DNA of 64,000 nucleotides from an uncultured Acidimicrobiaceae bacterium (lineage in GTDB: Bacteria; Actinomycetota; Acidimicrobiia; Acidimicrobiales; RAAP-2), in assembly GCA_963717455.1 (NCBI GenBank), contig OY970336.1:5202570-5266569 (forward strand), written 5' to 3'. The notes under the pieces were generated by a model. It was not told where the DNA came from. It saw nothing but the letters and a program-made list of their open reading frames with translations, and made no database searches. Every line of letters begins with the position of its first letter. The first letter of the stretch is position 1. The position numbers and the translations under genes are program-made. This document shows positions 34,527-45,972 of this stretch, one piece after another.

Positions 34527-35741
34527 CTATGCACCGGTTGTGAGCAGTCGGTTGGAGCGGGCGATCTCGCCGAACCAGTGAGCGCTGGGCTTGGGGCGGC
34601 GCTCGAAGGTGGCGGGGGCCACCGCAACCAAGCCGAATTTCGGGCCGTACCCCAGGTGCCACTCGAAGTTGTCCAGCAGGCTCCAGACGAAATATCCCCG
34701 CAGGTCGATGCCCTGCTCCAGGCAGCGGTGGGCGCTCCGGATCGCATCGGAGAGGAACGCGATGCGTTCGGTGTCGTCGGCCGTGGCAATCCCGTTCTCG
34801 GTGACCACGACCGGCCTCCCGCTCACCTCGGCCGCCCGCCGCACGGTGTGCTCGACCGCCTGCGGCCAGCGCTCGTCGCCCATCTGGGTGACGGGGACGT
34901 CGGGATCGTTGGGAGCCAGTCCCTCCGGGCCGAAGTGCATCCGGGTGTAGCACTGCACACCGACGAAGTCGTCGTCGCCGGTCGCCCGCAGGAAGACGTT
35001 CTCGAGCATCTCCTCGGCGGCCTCGCGCAAGGCCTCCCCACCCTCGTCGGCGGTGATCTCGGCCATGGAGAGCGTGAGCCCGATCGGGAAGTCGCCCGGG
35101 CCTGAACGCAGGGCCTCGACCGCCAGGCGGTGGGCCCGCACCATGGCCTCGTTGACGGCGCCGTAGCGTACGAAGTCCTCCTTGACCCCCGGTGGGTACT
35201 CACCCTGGAAGTAGCCCATGACCGCCACGACGTTCGGCTCGTTGATGGTGCAGGCCCATCCGATGAGGTCTCCGAGGTACGCCGCGGCGCGGGCCACGAA
35301 GCGCGCGAAGCACTCAGGGGCGTCTGGCGCCTCCCAGCCGCCCCGGCGGGCCAGCCACAGCGGCGTCGTGAAGTGGTGGAACGTGACCACGGGGACGATC
35401 CCGTGCCCGCGGCAGGCCGCGCAGATGCGCCGGTAGTGCTCCAGCGCGGCCGTCGAGAACTCGCCCTCGGCGGGCTCGATGCGGCTCCACTCGAGTGAGA
35501 AGCGATAGGCGCCGAGGCCCATGTCGGCGACGAGCTGGACGTCCTCCCGCCAACGGTGGAAGGAGTCGCAGGCGTCCCCGCTCGGCTCGATGGTGCCCGA
35601 GATCGGATCGTGTTCCCAGGCCCACCAATCGTTGTTGACGTTGCCGCCCTCGATCTGGTGGGCCGCAGTGGCGACGCCCCAGGTGAACCCCTCCGGGAAC
35701 GTGAGCTCGCGCTGGTCGCCGGCCGGGGACGCGGATGTCAT
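34527..35741 (-). CDS. GH1 beta-glucosidase
   Basis: FPEGFTWGVATAAHQIEGG, TINEPN (acid/base Glu) and VTENG (nucleophile Glu). The start is set at the ATG at 35741, 8 nt after TACCCT. Confidence 0.88.
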   Translation of the reverse strand: MTSASPAGDQRELTFPEGFTWGVATAAHQIEGGNVNNDWWAWEHDPISGTIEPSGDACDSFHRWREDVQLVADMGLGAYRFSLEWSRIEPAEGEFSTAALEHYRRICAACRGHGIVPVVTFHHFTTPLWLARRGGWEAPDAPECFARFVARAAAYLGDLIGWACTINEPNVVAVMGYFQGEYPPGVKEDFVRYGAVNEAMVRAHRLAVEALRSGPGDFPIGLTLSMAEITADEGGEALREAAEEMLENVFLRATGDDDFVGVQCYTRMHFGPEGLAPNDPDVPVTQMGDERWPQAVEHTVRRAAEVSGRPVVVTENGIATADDTERIAFLSDAIRSAHRCLEQGIDLRGYFVWSLLDNFEWHLGYGPKFGLVAVAPATFERRPKPSAHWFGEIARSNRLLTTGA

Positions 35742-35815
35742 GCCGCCGCAGGGTAGCGGGGCCCGCGGCAACGTGCCCGGACGCTGCACGGCCCGCCGCC
35801 TGCGAACATGGGCGA

Positions 35816-36672
35816 ATGAGCACGTCCCTGGACTTCCTCGTCGATCTGCTTGACCTCGAGCCCATTGAGGTCAACATCTTCCGGGGCACCCAACCCAACG
35901 AGGAGCGCCAGCGTGTGTTCGGCGGGCAGGTGGCCGGGCAGGCACTGATGGCGGCGGGGCGCACGGTCGAGCACGGCCGGGTCCACTCGCTGCACTCGTA
36001 CTTCCTGCGCCCCGGCGACCCGACGGTCCCCATCCTCTACGAGGTGGACCGCATCCGAGACGGCAGGTCGTTCACCACCCGGCGCGTCGTCGCCGTGCAG
36101 CACGGCCGCGCCATCTTCAACCTGTCGGCTTCGTTTCACGATCCCGAAGAGGGCCTCGAGCACCAGTTCCCCATGCCCGAGGTGCCCCCACCAGAGAGCC
36201 TGCCCCCGCTGTTCGAGCGCCTTGCGCCCTGGAAGGAGGAGCTGGCCGACTGGTTCGAACGCCCCCATCCGATCGACCAGCGTCACATCGGTGATCTCCC
36301 CTGGCACCACTCGGGTCCGGGTGAGCCGTACCAGCGGCTGTGGATCAGGGCCGACGGCGACCTGCCCGACGACCCCTTGCTGCACGCTTGCGTGGCCACC
36401 TACGCCTCGGACATGTCCCTCTTCGACACGATCCTGGCTCCTCACGACGTGCGGTGGGACGACCCGGACTTCATGGGCGCCAGCCTGGACCACTGCATGT
36501 GGTTCCACCGGTCGTTCCGGGCCGACAACTGGCTGCTCTACGACATGGACTCGCCGGTGGCCGCCGCGGGCCGCGGCTTCGCCCGCGGCTTCCTCTTCGA
36601 CCGTGCGGGGGGGCTCTGCGTCTCGCTCGCCCAGGAGGGTCTGGTCCGCGTGCTGTCGCGGAGCCAGACTTC

Positions 36673-36676
<4 letters not shown>
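35816..36676 (+). CDS. tesB: Acyl-CoA thioesterase II
   Basis: LLDLEPIEVNIFRG, VFGGQVAGQAL, HSLHSYFLRPGD and DGRSFTTRRV. Confidence 0.85.
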
Positions 36677-37947
<1,271 letters not shown>

Positions 37948-38046
37948 GTGAAGAGCCCTCCAATTCCTGATTTCGGTGCGCACCGATCCTATGACCACCA
38001 CGCGAGTGGGGTCGACACGCGGCAGCCCCGGCTCGGGTGCGGGCCC

Positions 38047-39159
38047 TCAGGTGGCCGGGGCGACCTGCAGTGCCTGCTGAAGAACGGTGTTGGCCGTCGC
38101 GGCCTGGCCCGGAGGCAGGATCACGGCGACGGTCAGCGTGTACGCGGAGCCGGGCTTGACAGGGAAGCTCACAGTCGGCAGCGTCACCGAGGCTCCCAGG
38201 GTGAGGGCGGCCGACTCGACGCGGGTTGCGGTCGCCCCCGACGCTTGGTTCGCCAGCGAGAAGCGGACCGACGCGTGCGGCTCGTCTGCCGAGCCTTCGT
38301 TGGCGAGCACAGTGGTGACACCGATCTGTGTCGTGGGACTTATGGCCGAGACGGAGGCCGACGCGCCCGGTGGCGTCGGCAGCGCCGGGGGGTCGAGACG
38401 CACGGTACGCAGGAGGAGGTAGTGGGTCGGAGCCAGGGTCGGCGAGGTGGCCATGAGGTCCACCTGTGTCGCGACGTTGCCTGCCTGCCACATCTGCGGG
38501 TCCGTCACCCAGACCGACCTGGGGAGCCTGGCGTGTCCGGTCGCGGTGGCGAGGGATCGCTGCACCGACCTGTAGAGGCGGTCCGATCGCGTCAGGAGAT
38601 CACTCGCCGCGGCAATCTGGCTCGTCGCCTGAGCAGCGGAGCCCGTCGCTGCCGGAGTCGTGGTGGACGCGGAGGCAGGGGAGCCGGTTGCCGGGGCGTC
38701 GACCGTCGGGACGGGTTGCATGCCCAGGAATCCGTCGATAGCCGTCCGGAGCTCGGCCACGGCTCGGGCCCGCTCGGTGAAGACGGCCGAGAACTCGGGA
38801 CCCACCGATCCGGACGGGGACGAGTCCGCGGCCAGTTCCGCTCGCGCCGCCTCGCCGGCGGTCTGTTGCACGGCACCGTCGAGCCCGCCCTGAATCGTCT
38901 GCCGGGTCTGACCCTGCAGGTTGTTGATGAGGGTACGCACCTCGGACGCTGTCGCGTTGGACTGGCCGGCGACGACGGCACCCTGGGCGGCAAGCGACCT
39001 GTTGGAAGTGGCGTCGTAGCCTTGCGACTGCCGCGACACCTGGGTGAGCCCGCCCGCGAGGAGCGCGAGGACGACCACGGCTGCAACGAGCAGGAGGGCC
39101 GGCCGGGCCGGTGATCGACGGCGCGCGCGGCGTCGTGGCCTGCGTGGCGACATCGCCAC
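38047..39159 (-). CDS. Hypothetical membrane-anchored extracytoplasmic protein
   Basis: Arg-rich N-terminus, a TM helix (ALLLVAAVVVLALLAGG), a helical Gln/Ala-rich region, a Thr/Ser/Pro linker and a beta-rich C-terminal domain. It starts 26 nt downstream of sqdB. Confidence 0.55.
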   Translation of the reverse strand: MAMSPRRPRRRARRRSPARPALLLVAAVVVLALLAGGLTQVSRQSQGYDATSNRSLAAQGAVVAGQSNATASEVRTLINNLQGQTRQTIQGGLDGAVQQTAGEAARAELAADSSPSGSVGPEFSAVFTERARAVAELRTAIDGFLGMQPVPTVDAPATGSPASASTTTPAATGSAAQATSQIAAASDLLTRSDRLYRSVQRSLATATGHARLPRSVWVTDPQMWQAGNVATQVDLMATSPTLAPTHYLLLRTVRLDPPALPTPPGASASVSAISPTTQIGVTTVLANEGSADEPHASVRFSLANQASGATATRVESAALTLGASVTLPTVSFPVKPGSAYTLTVAVILPPGQAATANTVLQQALQVAPAT

Positions 39160-39185
39160 AGGAAACTACAGCGCGTCGTGGTGAC

Positions 39186-40388
39186 TTACACCGCGAGGAA
39201 CGAAGAGCCGGGGGTCTCGCCCGCCGTGCTCAGCGTGCTGGCGCTCGAACGCCATTGAACCGTCGGTGCGATCGCCCGCACGTCGACCCGGTCCCTGTAG
39301 CGCTCCACCAGGTCGAGGATCCCGCGGATGACCTCGTCGGTGAGGAGGTGTGGCTTGAGCCCGAGGTCCAACAATTTGGTGTTGGCCGCGTGGAAGTAGT
39401 GCGCTTCGTGCTCCACCCGGGGGTTGGACAGGCCCTCCGCGATGTCGACCCGGGTCGGGCACGCGCCCTTGACCATCTGTGCCATGTCGCGCACGGAGAA
39501 GGACTCGGTGAACTGGTTGAAGACACGGAATTCACCACGCTCGGCCGGGTTCTCGATGGCCAGGGCGACACAGGCCAGCGTGTCGCGGATGTTGAGCATG
39601 CCGCGGGTCTGGCCGCCCGCCCCGTACACGGTGAGCGGGTGGCCGGTGACCGCCTGGACGCAGAAGCGGTTGAGTACCGTGCCGAAGACGCCGTCATAGT
39701 CGAAGCGGGTGGCGAGCACGGGATCGAGGTCGGTCTCCTCAGTCGACTGCCCGTAGACGATCCCCTGGTTCAGGTCGGTGGACCGCAGGCCCCAGACCCG
39801 GCAGGCGAACATGATGTTGTGGCTGTCGTGCACCTTGGAGAGGTGGTAGAAGGAGCCCGGCTGCTTGGGATAGGGCAGCACATCCGTCCGGCCCTTGTGG
39901 GTGATCTCGATGAACCCTTCCTCGATGTCGATGTTGGGGTAGCCGTACTCCCCCATGGTGCCGAGCTTGACGAGATGGATCGATGGGTCGGTCTCGGCGA
40001 TGGCGTACATCAGGTTGAGCGTCCCGACGACATTGTTCACCTGGGTATAGACCGCGTGCTCGCGGTCGATCATGGAGTACGGCGCCGAGCGCTGCTCCCC
40101 GAAGTGCACGATCGCAGCGGGCTTGGACTCGGCGACCACCCCGTAGGTGAACGCGGCGTCGGTGAGGTTTCCGATACGGACGTTGATGGCGTGGCCGGAG
40201 AGCTGCTCCCAGCGTGTGACCCGATCTTCGAGCGAGGCGATCGGCACCAGGCTGTCGACACCCATCTCGCGGTCGTACTCCCGGCGCACCAGGTTGTCGA
40301 CGACGGTGATCTCGTGTCCGTGGGCCGACAGGTGCAGGGCCGTGGGCCAACCGAGATAGCCGTCTCCTCCGAGAACCAGAATCTTCAT
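39186..40388 (-). CDS. sqdB: UDP-sulfoquinovose synthase (SQD1/SqdB/Agl3 family SDR)
   Basis: Near-colinear with plant and cyanobacterial SQD1: GGDGYLGWPTALHLS, VDNLVRR, HFGEQRSAPYSMID, LVKLGTMGEYGYPNIDIEEG, LPYPKQPGSFYHLSKVHDSHNI, TDLNQGIVYG, NRFCVQAVTGHPLTVYG and FRVFNQFTE. Confidence 0.85.
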   Translation of the reverse strand: MKILVLGGDGYLGWPTALHLSAHGHEITVVDNLVRREYDREMGVDSLVPIASLEDRVTRWEQLSGHAINVRIGNLTDAAFTYGVVAESKPAAIVHFGEQRSAPYSMIDREHAVYTQVNNVVGTLNLMYAIAETDPSIHLVKLGTMGEYGYPNIDIEEGFIEITHKGRTDVLPYPKQPGSFYHLSKVHDSHNIMFACRVWGLRSTDLNQGIVYGQSTEETDLDPVLATRFDYDGVFGTVLNRFCVQAVTGHPLTVYGAGGQTRGMLNIRDTLACVALAIENPAERGEFRVFNQFTESFSVRDMAQMVKGACPTRVDIAEGLSNPRVEHEAHYFHAANTKLLDLGLKPHLLTDEVIRGILDLVERYRDRVDVRAIAPTVQWRSSASTLSTAGETPGSSFLAV

Positions 40389-40543
40389 CCGCACCCTTTG
40401 TGTTCGCTCAGGCTCCGCAATTGTTACGGAGTCATGTCGGATTCATCATGGGGCAGGACCCTGAACGCAACCTGTGTAAAGGCTGTAATTGGATTGAGTC
40501 CAGAGCTTTTCCCAGCGACGGCAGCCTAATTAGGAGGAAATCC

Positions 40544-42550
40544 TCACTCGGGGATGGTGCCTGGGCGCAAGAATCCGGCGTCAGAGCTGCAATTCTGGCC
40601 GACCAGGCACGGAATCGACTGCCCGTCCCACAGTGCCCGCCGCAATCCCGATGCACGCGTAATGGGCCGATCGATGGCCGTGCGAAGGAGATCTTCGGTT
40701 CCGACCAGGATCAACCTCTCCCGCCGCGGGTGGCTGCGGTATAGAGGAGCTCGCGGGTCAAGACGCGCGAGTCGGAGCTCGGCAGGATGAACGCCACGAC
40801 GTCGAACTGTGAGCCCTGGCTCTTGTGGACGGTCATTGCGTACACCGTGTCCACGGCGGCCAGACGGCCGGTACTGACCGGCAAGACCGTGTCGCCGCGC
40901 CGGAAGGCGGCCTCCATCGGCCGGATCTCGCCCTTCACGACGACACCGATGTCGCCGTTGAAGAGATCGAGCGAATAATCGTTCTCGGTGACGATCAGGG
41001 GCCGTCCGAGGTACCAACCCTCTCCTGCCGCGAACCCCTCGACCTCCGCCTCCAGCCAGTGCTCGATGTGGCCCGTCCAGGCCCTCACACCCTCGGGTCC
41101 CCGCCGGCGGGCGCAGATGAGACGGAAATACTCGAGGGCGTCGAGGGCGGCCTCGGCGTCTCCGTCCCGTGCCGCCTCGATCACCGTGCGCCCACTCTCA
41201 ACGGCGCACTCGTGTATCACATCGAGCTGCCCCGGCGTCGCGGGATCGGACGGGTCGAGAGCCAGCCACACCACATTCGAGTCGTCCGCTGCCAGTTCGG
41301 CCAGCGCGGTGTCCGCGTCGCCCGCCTGGACCGCCCGGGCGAAGCCGGCGATGGCGCCCTTGTGGCGCCGTACGTGACGTAGCACCACCACGCCGTCTCC
41401 GATGGGAGACCCGGCCGCCGTTCCCGTGCCGGGAACGGGATACCTGGTTGCCTCCTCGAGGTGCTTCCGGATGGCCTGACCCATACAGGGGCCGCGCGAC
41501 GCGGGACCGACGATGTCGCCGAGCACGGCGCCGGCTTCGACCGACGCGAGCTGCTCTGGGTCGCCGACGATTATCAGCCAGCGCGTCGGGGCGCAGCGCC
41601 TCCAGCAGCCTGGCCATCATGGACAGCGCGACCATGGAGGTCTCGTCGACGACGACCACGTCGTGGCGGAGCGGGTTCGACCTGTTGTGCCGGAACCGGG
41701 TGCGGTTACTGCCGGTGCGCCCGAGGAGCCGGTGCAGCGTCGTCCCGCGGAGCGTAAGGAGCCGCTCCTCGATGCCCGGGTCCAGACCCAGCTCGGTGGC
41801 TTCGTTACGGACAGCTTCCTCGAGCCGCAGCGCTGCCTTCCCCGTCGGCGCCGCAAGGGCGATGAGAGGAGGTGCGGTGCTGTGAGCGACCGCCTGCTGG
41901 TCGAGCAATCCCAACAGGCGCGCCACCGTCGTGGTCTTCCCCGTCCCTGGCCCGCCAGCGATGACCGAAACCCTGCTCAGAACCGCGGCCGCGGCGGCCA
42001 GTGGTTGCAGGTGGTCAGGGTCCGCCGCCTCGGGGTCCTCTTCGCTGAACAGCTGCCTCAGGCCGGCGCGCAGAAGCGCGATGTCGACGTCCACCACCTC
42101 TTTCCCAGCACGCGCCAGGAGTTCTTTGGCCACCAGGCATTCGTCGAGCCAGAGGCGGTTCAGGTACAGGTTCGACCCAGCCAGGTAGAGGGGGTTGCCT
42201 TCCCCGACGACCGGGCTCTGGGCCATTTCGTCGAGCCATGCCTCAGGGTCTGGCCACGGCAGTGCATCGATGCCGGTCGGCAGGTCGAGGTCTCTGCTGG
42301 CTGTCAGTCGGATCGTCCGCAGGTCGACGCACACGTGGCCGAGCCGCGGCGCCCGGGCCGCGAAGGCGATCCCGAGGCCGACGTCCTCGCCGCCGGCGCC
42401 CGCGAGCTGCGCCAAACGGCGCGCGACGTGGACGTCGGAGGCGGCGAGGATCCCCGCCTGGTTGAAGGCGCGCAGGACCCCGGATGCCCCGACGACCACG
42501 GACGCGTCGTAGCGATCGAGGCCGACGCCGGCGCTCTCGACCGTCGTCAC
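40544..42550 (-). pseudogene. recD: recD (exodeoxyribonuclease V alpha subunit) interrupted by two compensating frameshifts
   Basis: The N-terminal part has Walker A GGPGTGKTTT, APTGKAA and VVVDETSMV. The middle part carries LIIVGDPEQLASVEAGAVLGDIV ... VHKSQGSQFDVV ... LLYTAATR but is in another frame. The tail (RERLILVGTEDLLRTAIDRPITRASGL) returns to the first frame. The shifts are at about 41576-41581 and about 40721-40731. The total span is an exact multiple of 3. Confidence 0.7.
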
Positions 42551-45500
42551 CGGCGAGCTCCCTGGTCGAAGAGGTCGCTCAGCGCCGTGACGAGCTCGGC
42601 CGGAGGGCACCACGACCAGACCCCGCACGGCGTGTCCCCGACGAACGTGGGCTGGGCAGCGCTCATGCCACGCAGAAAGAGATAGAGGACGCCACCGAGG
42701 TGGCAGGCGGGGTCGTAGGAGTGCTGGCGCCAGCGCAGGTATCGGTGCAGGGCGACCGAGTAGAGCAAGGCTTGGAGCGGATAGTGGGCCTCGGCCATCT
42801 CGGTCTGGATCGCCGCCGGTCGGTAGTGCCACGCCGTGAGCGTCTCGTCGAGGGCACCGAGCCTGTTCGTCTTGTAGTCCGCCAGGACGAAGCGGCCGTC
42901 GGGCAGCCGCATCACCAGGTCCAGGCTGCCGGTCAGGTAGCCACGCAATGGGTTATCCCCGAGCGCCGGGTCGCGCAGCCTGTCGGCATAGGCGTAGACC
43001 GGATCGCCCGGGTCCAAGTGCTCGACGAGCAACCTTGCGAGATCGGTGACCCGTAGGTCGCCGTCCTTTCGCGCCTTCGCATCGTCACCCCCGACCAGGG
43101 GGAGCTCGAACCCGAGCTCGTCGAGCCGGTGGCCCCGCGCCACGTCGCGCAGCCGCAGGCCTGCCGCCGGGCCCAGAGGCGACTCGATCGCGGCGCAGAG
43201 TCCGCGTACGACGTCGTCGCGCTCGCCCAGGTCGACGTTGTAGTACGCCAGCTCGTGGCGCAAGGCAGCGTCCACCTCGGCGGGGAGGTCGGGTGCCTCG
43301 AACGCGACCCGTTCCATGACGCCGTGGATCAGGGTGCCAACGAGCGTCCCACCGGGCATCGCGGCCAGCGCCAAGGTCACCGAGCGGAGTCGGATTTCGT
43401 CCTCGTCGTCCTCGGAGACCGCTCCGGCGAGGACGCCTGCGGGGGTGCCGCGCGTCTCCTCGTCCAGGGTCAACTCCGCCTCCGACTCGCTGGCGATAGC
43501 CGGCTCGTGCGCTGCAACGGTGATCGCCGAGTACGAGACACGCCGCCAGTCCGTGTCGAGGCTGCGGTCGAAGACGGCGACCGCGAGCTCGGACGAGCCC
43601 TCGGGGTCGTGGTGCCACCTGATGTCCCGCGGCTGTCCGACGTGCTCGACCGAGACCTCCGGGCCCAGCGCAGTGAACGCAGACACGACAGCCGAGTCAG
43701 GTTGCGCCCGCTTCCCGCTCGCCGGGATGTGGCCGTCGGGTCCCCGATCGAAGAGGAGGCGCGACAGCGACGAATTCTTCGTGTCTTTGGCTCCGGCCCA
43801 CCACAGCACCGCCTGGTGACGGGCGCGTGTCAGGGCAACGTAGAGCAGACGAAGGCTCTCTCCCTGCTCCTCGGCCTCCTGCAACTTCTTGTGTGCTGTC
43901 AGATCGGGGCCGGAGCACCCGACATCGATGGTGCGCTCGTTCGTGCTGTCGGGGTCGTGGAAGACCGGGACATCGATGGGAAAGGCCCAGCCGTCCCAGG
44001 CGTACGGAATGAGCACAACCGGGAACTCCAATCCCTTGCTCCGGTGGACCGTGATGACCTGCACCGCTTGCGCATCCGACTCCAGCCGGCGTGTCCGCTC
44101 CTCGTTCTCGTTGTCGCGATCCGCCTCCAAGATGCGACGTCCGAGCCAGTTGGCGAGTCCGGTTGGACCCACACCCTCGGTGACCGCCGCATCGTGCAGC
44201 AGCTGGGCGACGTGACGCAGGTCGGTCATGAATCGTTCCCCCGAAGGGCGACGCAGCACTCGGGCCGGAACGTCGCCGGCACTTGTGACCGACTCGTAGA
44301 GGGTGGCGACGCCCCTGTCACGCAGGAGGCGACCCCACGTGTGCAGCCAGCCATGGAGATCCTCCCAGCGCTGCACGTCTTCCTTGTCCGCCACTTGCTC
44401 CGTCGACCAGCCGATGAACTGCGTCAGTGCCGCCAATGAGGCCCGGTCGCTCGATGCCGGCTGTTCGAGTGCCTCCAGGAAGCAGAGCCATTCACGTGCC
44501 GGCCCTGATGCGAACACTGACCCGGCTCCGCCAATGACCGCAGGCACGTTCGCGGCGAGCAGGGCATCGCACACGGTCGTCGCCTGCCTGTTGGATCTGA
44601 CCAGCACGGCGATGTCACCCGGGTGCAGCTTTCGGCACTCGGTGCCGTCGTGGTGACGCCCTATGAGCTCTGGCTCCACCTCGAGGAGCTCGACCGTCTG
44701 CGCGGCCAGGTCGCGGGCGATGAGGTAACGCGCTTCGGGCGCCTTCACCTTCTGTTGGTAGGTGGGTACGAGGCCGTCCGCCGTGTGGACGACTCGCACG
44801 CGCAGTGGCATGGCGACGGGCGCACCGACCAGCCGGGGCTGCACGTTCGGGGTGGCGGCCCGGACGTTGCGATAGGTGATGCCGGACTGACCGAGCTGGG
44901 CACCGTTGAACATGGCGTCGTACGCGTCCAGTAGACCCTTGTCGCTCCGCCAGTTGACGTCGAGCGTCCATTTGGCCTTCACGGTGGCTTTCGCCTTGAG
45001 ATAGGTGTGGACATCGGCGCCGCGGAAGGCGTAGATCGCCTGCTTCGGATCGCCGATGAGGACGAGGGTCTTGCCGTCCACGTCGAATGCGCTGCTCATG
45101 ATGTCCCACTGCACGGGGTCGGTGTCCTGGAACTCGTCGACCAGGACGACGTCGTAGCGCTCACGTAAGCGGGCACGAGCCAGGGATCCCCGTGACGGAT
45201 CGCGGAGGGTGGCGCGAAGGCGCAAGAGGACGTCGTCGTACGTGAGGATCTTGAGGGCGCGCTTGCGCTTCTCCATCTCCTTGCGCACACGCTCCGCGAA
45301 CCGGCGGCGCGTCGGTTCGAGCTCTTCCCCATCCGACAGCGGCGGCACCACGTCGGCATCGGGGATGTCGAGAACCTTGCGGGCAACTTTGCCCGCCTCC
45401 TCGCGCGAGAAGGCGATCGTGTTCCCCCGAGAGGCGAACTTCCGGAGGTAGAGGTCGTCAACGACTTCGTCCACCAAGTCACGCACGTCTTCCACGAGCG

Positions 45501-45972
45501 TCACGTCGCGGTCGACGTCGCCCGCGGTGCCGAGCCCGTAGAGGACCTGCAGGCAGAACCCGTGTGTCGTCTCGATCGTGGCGGAGTCGAAGTCGGCGAT
45601 CGCCTTGGCCAGCCGGGCGCACCGCTGCTCCTGCTCGCGGCGTGGCACCGCGGCGAGGATCTGCAGGATCTCGTCGTCGGGGGTCTCCCTTCCAGCCAGG
45701 ACGTCGACCAAGCCGTCAAAGGCGCGCACCAACCGGTCTCGGACTCGCTCGCGGAGCTCGCCTGTGGCCATGCGGGTGAACGTGATGACGAGAAGGCGGT
45801 CGATAGGCAGGCCGGCTTCGGCCACGTACCGCGCCGTCAGCGCGGCGATCGTGAATGTCTTGCCGGTGCCGGCACTCGCCTCGAGCAGCGTCGTTCCCCG
45901 CGGCAGCGGACCGCAAACCTTGAACGACGGGTCCTCCTCGTCCCCGCCTCCCTCCACCTCGAGCGACGTCAC
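42547..45972 (-). CDS. recB: Exodeoxyribonuclease V beta subunit (UvrD-type helicase plus PD-(D/E)xK nuclease)
   Basis: LLEASAGTGKTFTI, LVDEFQDTDPVQW, VHRSKGLEFPVV, LYVALTRA and a C-terminal nuclease (LVMRLPDGRFVLADYKTN). GTGA overlaps occur at both ends. Confidence 0.88.
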   Translation of the reverse strand: MTSLEVEGGGDEEDPSFKVCGPLPRGTTLLEASAGTGKTFTIAALTARYVAEAGLPIDRLLVITFTRMATGELRERVRDRLVRAFDGLVDVLAGRETPDDEILQILAAVPRREQEQRCARLAKAIADFDSATIETTHGFCLQVLYGLGTAGDVDRDVTLVEDVRDLVDEVVDDLYLRKFASRGNTIAFSREEAGKVARKVLDIPDADVVPPLSDGEELEPTRRRFAERVRKEMEKRKRALKILTYDDVLLRLRATLRDPSRGSLARARLRERYDVVLVDEFQDTDPVQWDIMSSAFDVDGKTLVLIGDPKQAIYAFRGADVHTYLKAKATVKAKWTLDVNWRSDKGLLDAYDAMFNGAQLGQSGITYRNVRAATPNVQPRLVGAPVAMPLRVRVVHTADGLVPTYQQKVKAPEARYLIARDLAAQTVELLEVEPELIGRHHDGTECRKLHPGDIAVLVRSNRQATTVCDALLAANVPAVIGGAGSVFASGPAREWLCFLEALEQPASSDRASLAALTQFIGWSTEQVADKEDVQRWEDLHGWLHTWGRLLRDRGVATLYESVTSAGDVPARVLRRPSGERFMTDLRHVAQLLHDAAVTEGVGPTGLANWLGRRILEADRDNENEERTRRLESDAQAVQVITVHRSKGLEFPVVLIPYAWDGWAFPIDVPVFHDPDSTNERTIDVGCSGPDLTAHKKLQEAEEQGESLRLLYVALTRARHQAVLWWAGAKDTKNSSLSRLLFDRGPDGHIPASGKRAQPDSAVVSAFTALGPEVSVEHVGQPRDIRWHHDPEGSSELAVAVFDRSLDTDWRRVSYSAITVAAHEPAIASESEAELTLDEETRGTPAGVLAGAVSEDDEDEIRLRSVTLALAAMPGGTLVGTLIHGVMERVAFEAPDLPAEVDAALRHELAYYNVDLGERDDVVRGLCAAIESPLGPAAGLRLRDVARGHRLDELGFELPLVGGDDAKARKDGDLRVTDLARLLVEHLDPGDPVYAYADRLRDPALGDNPLRGYLTGSLDLVMRLPDGRFVLADYKTNRLGALDETLTAWHYRPAAIQTEMAEAHYPLQALLYSVALHRYLRWRQHSYDPACHLGGVLYLFLRGMSAAQPTFVGDTPCGVWSWCPPAELVTALSDLFDQGARR

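Noticed and set aside
40400-40744. A 114-aa plus-strand ORF in the lower-GC stretch upstream of sqdB
   Set aside because: It is antisense to the recD C-terminal tail and has no SD or promoter-like context. Its composition is not convincingly protein-like. The region is better explained as the recD 3-prime end plus the sqdB promoter and leader.
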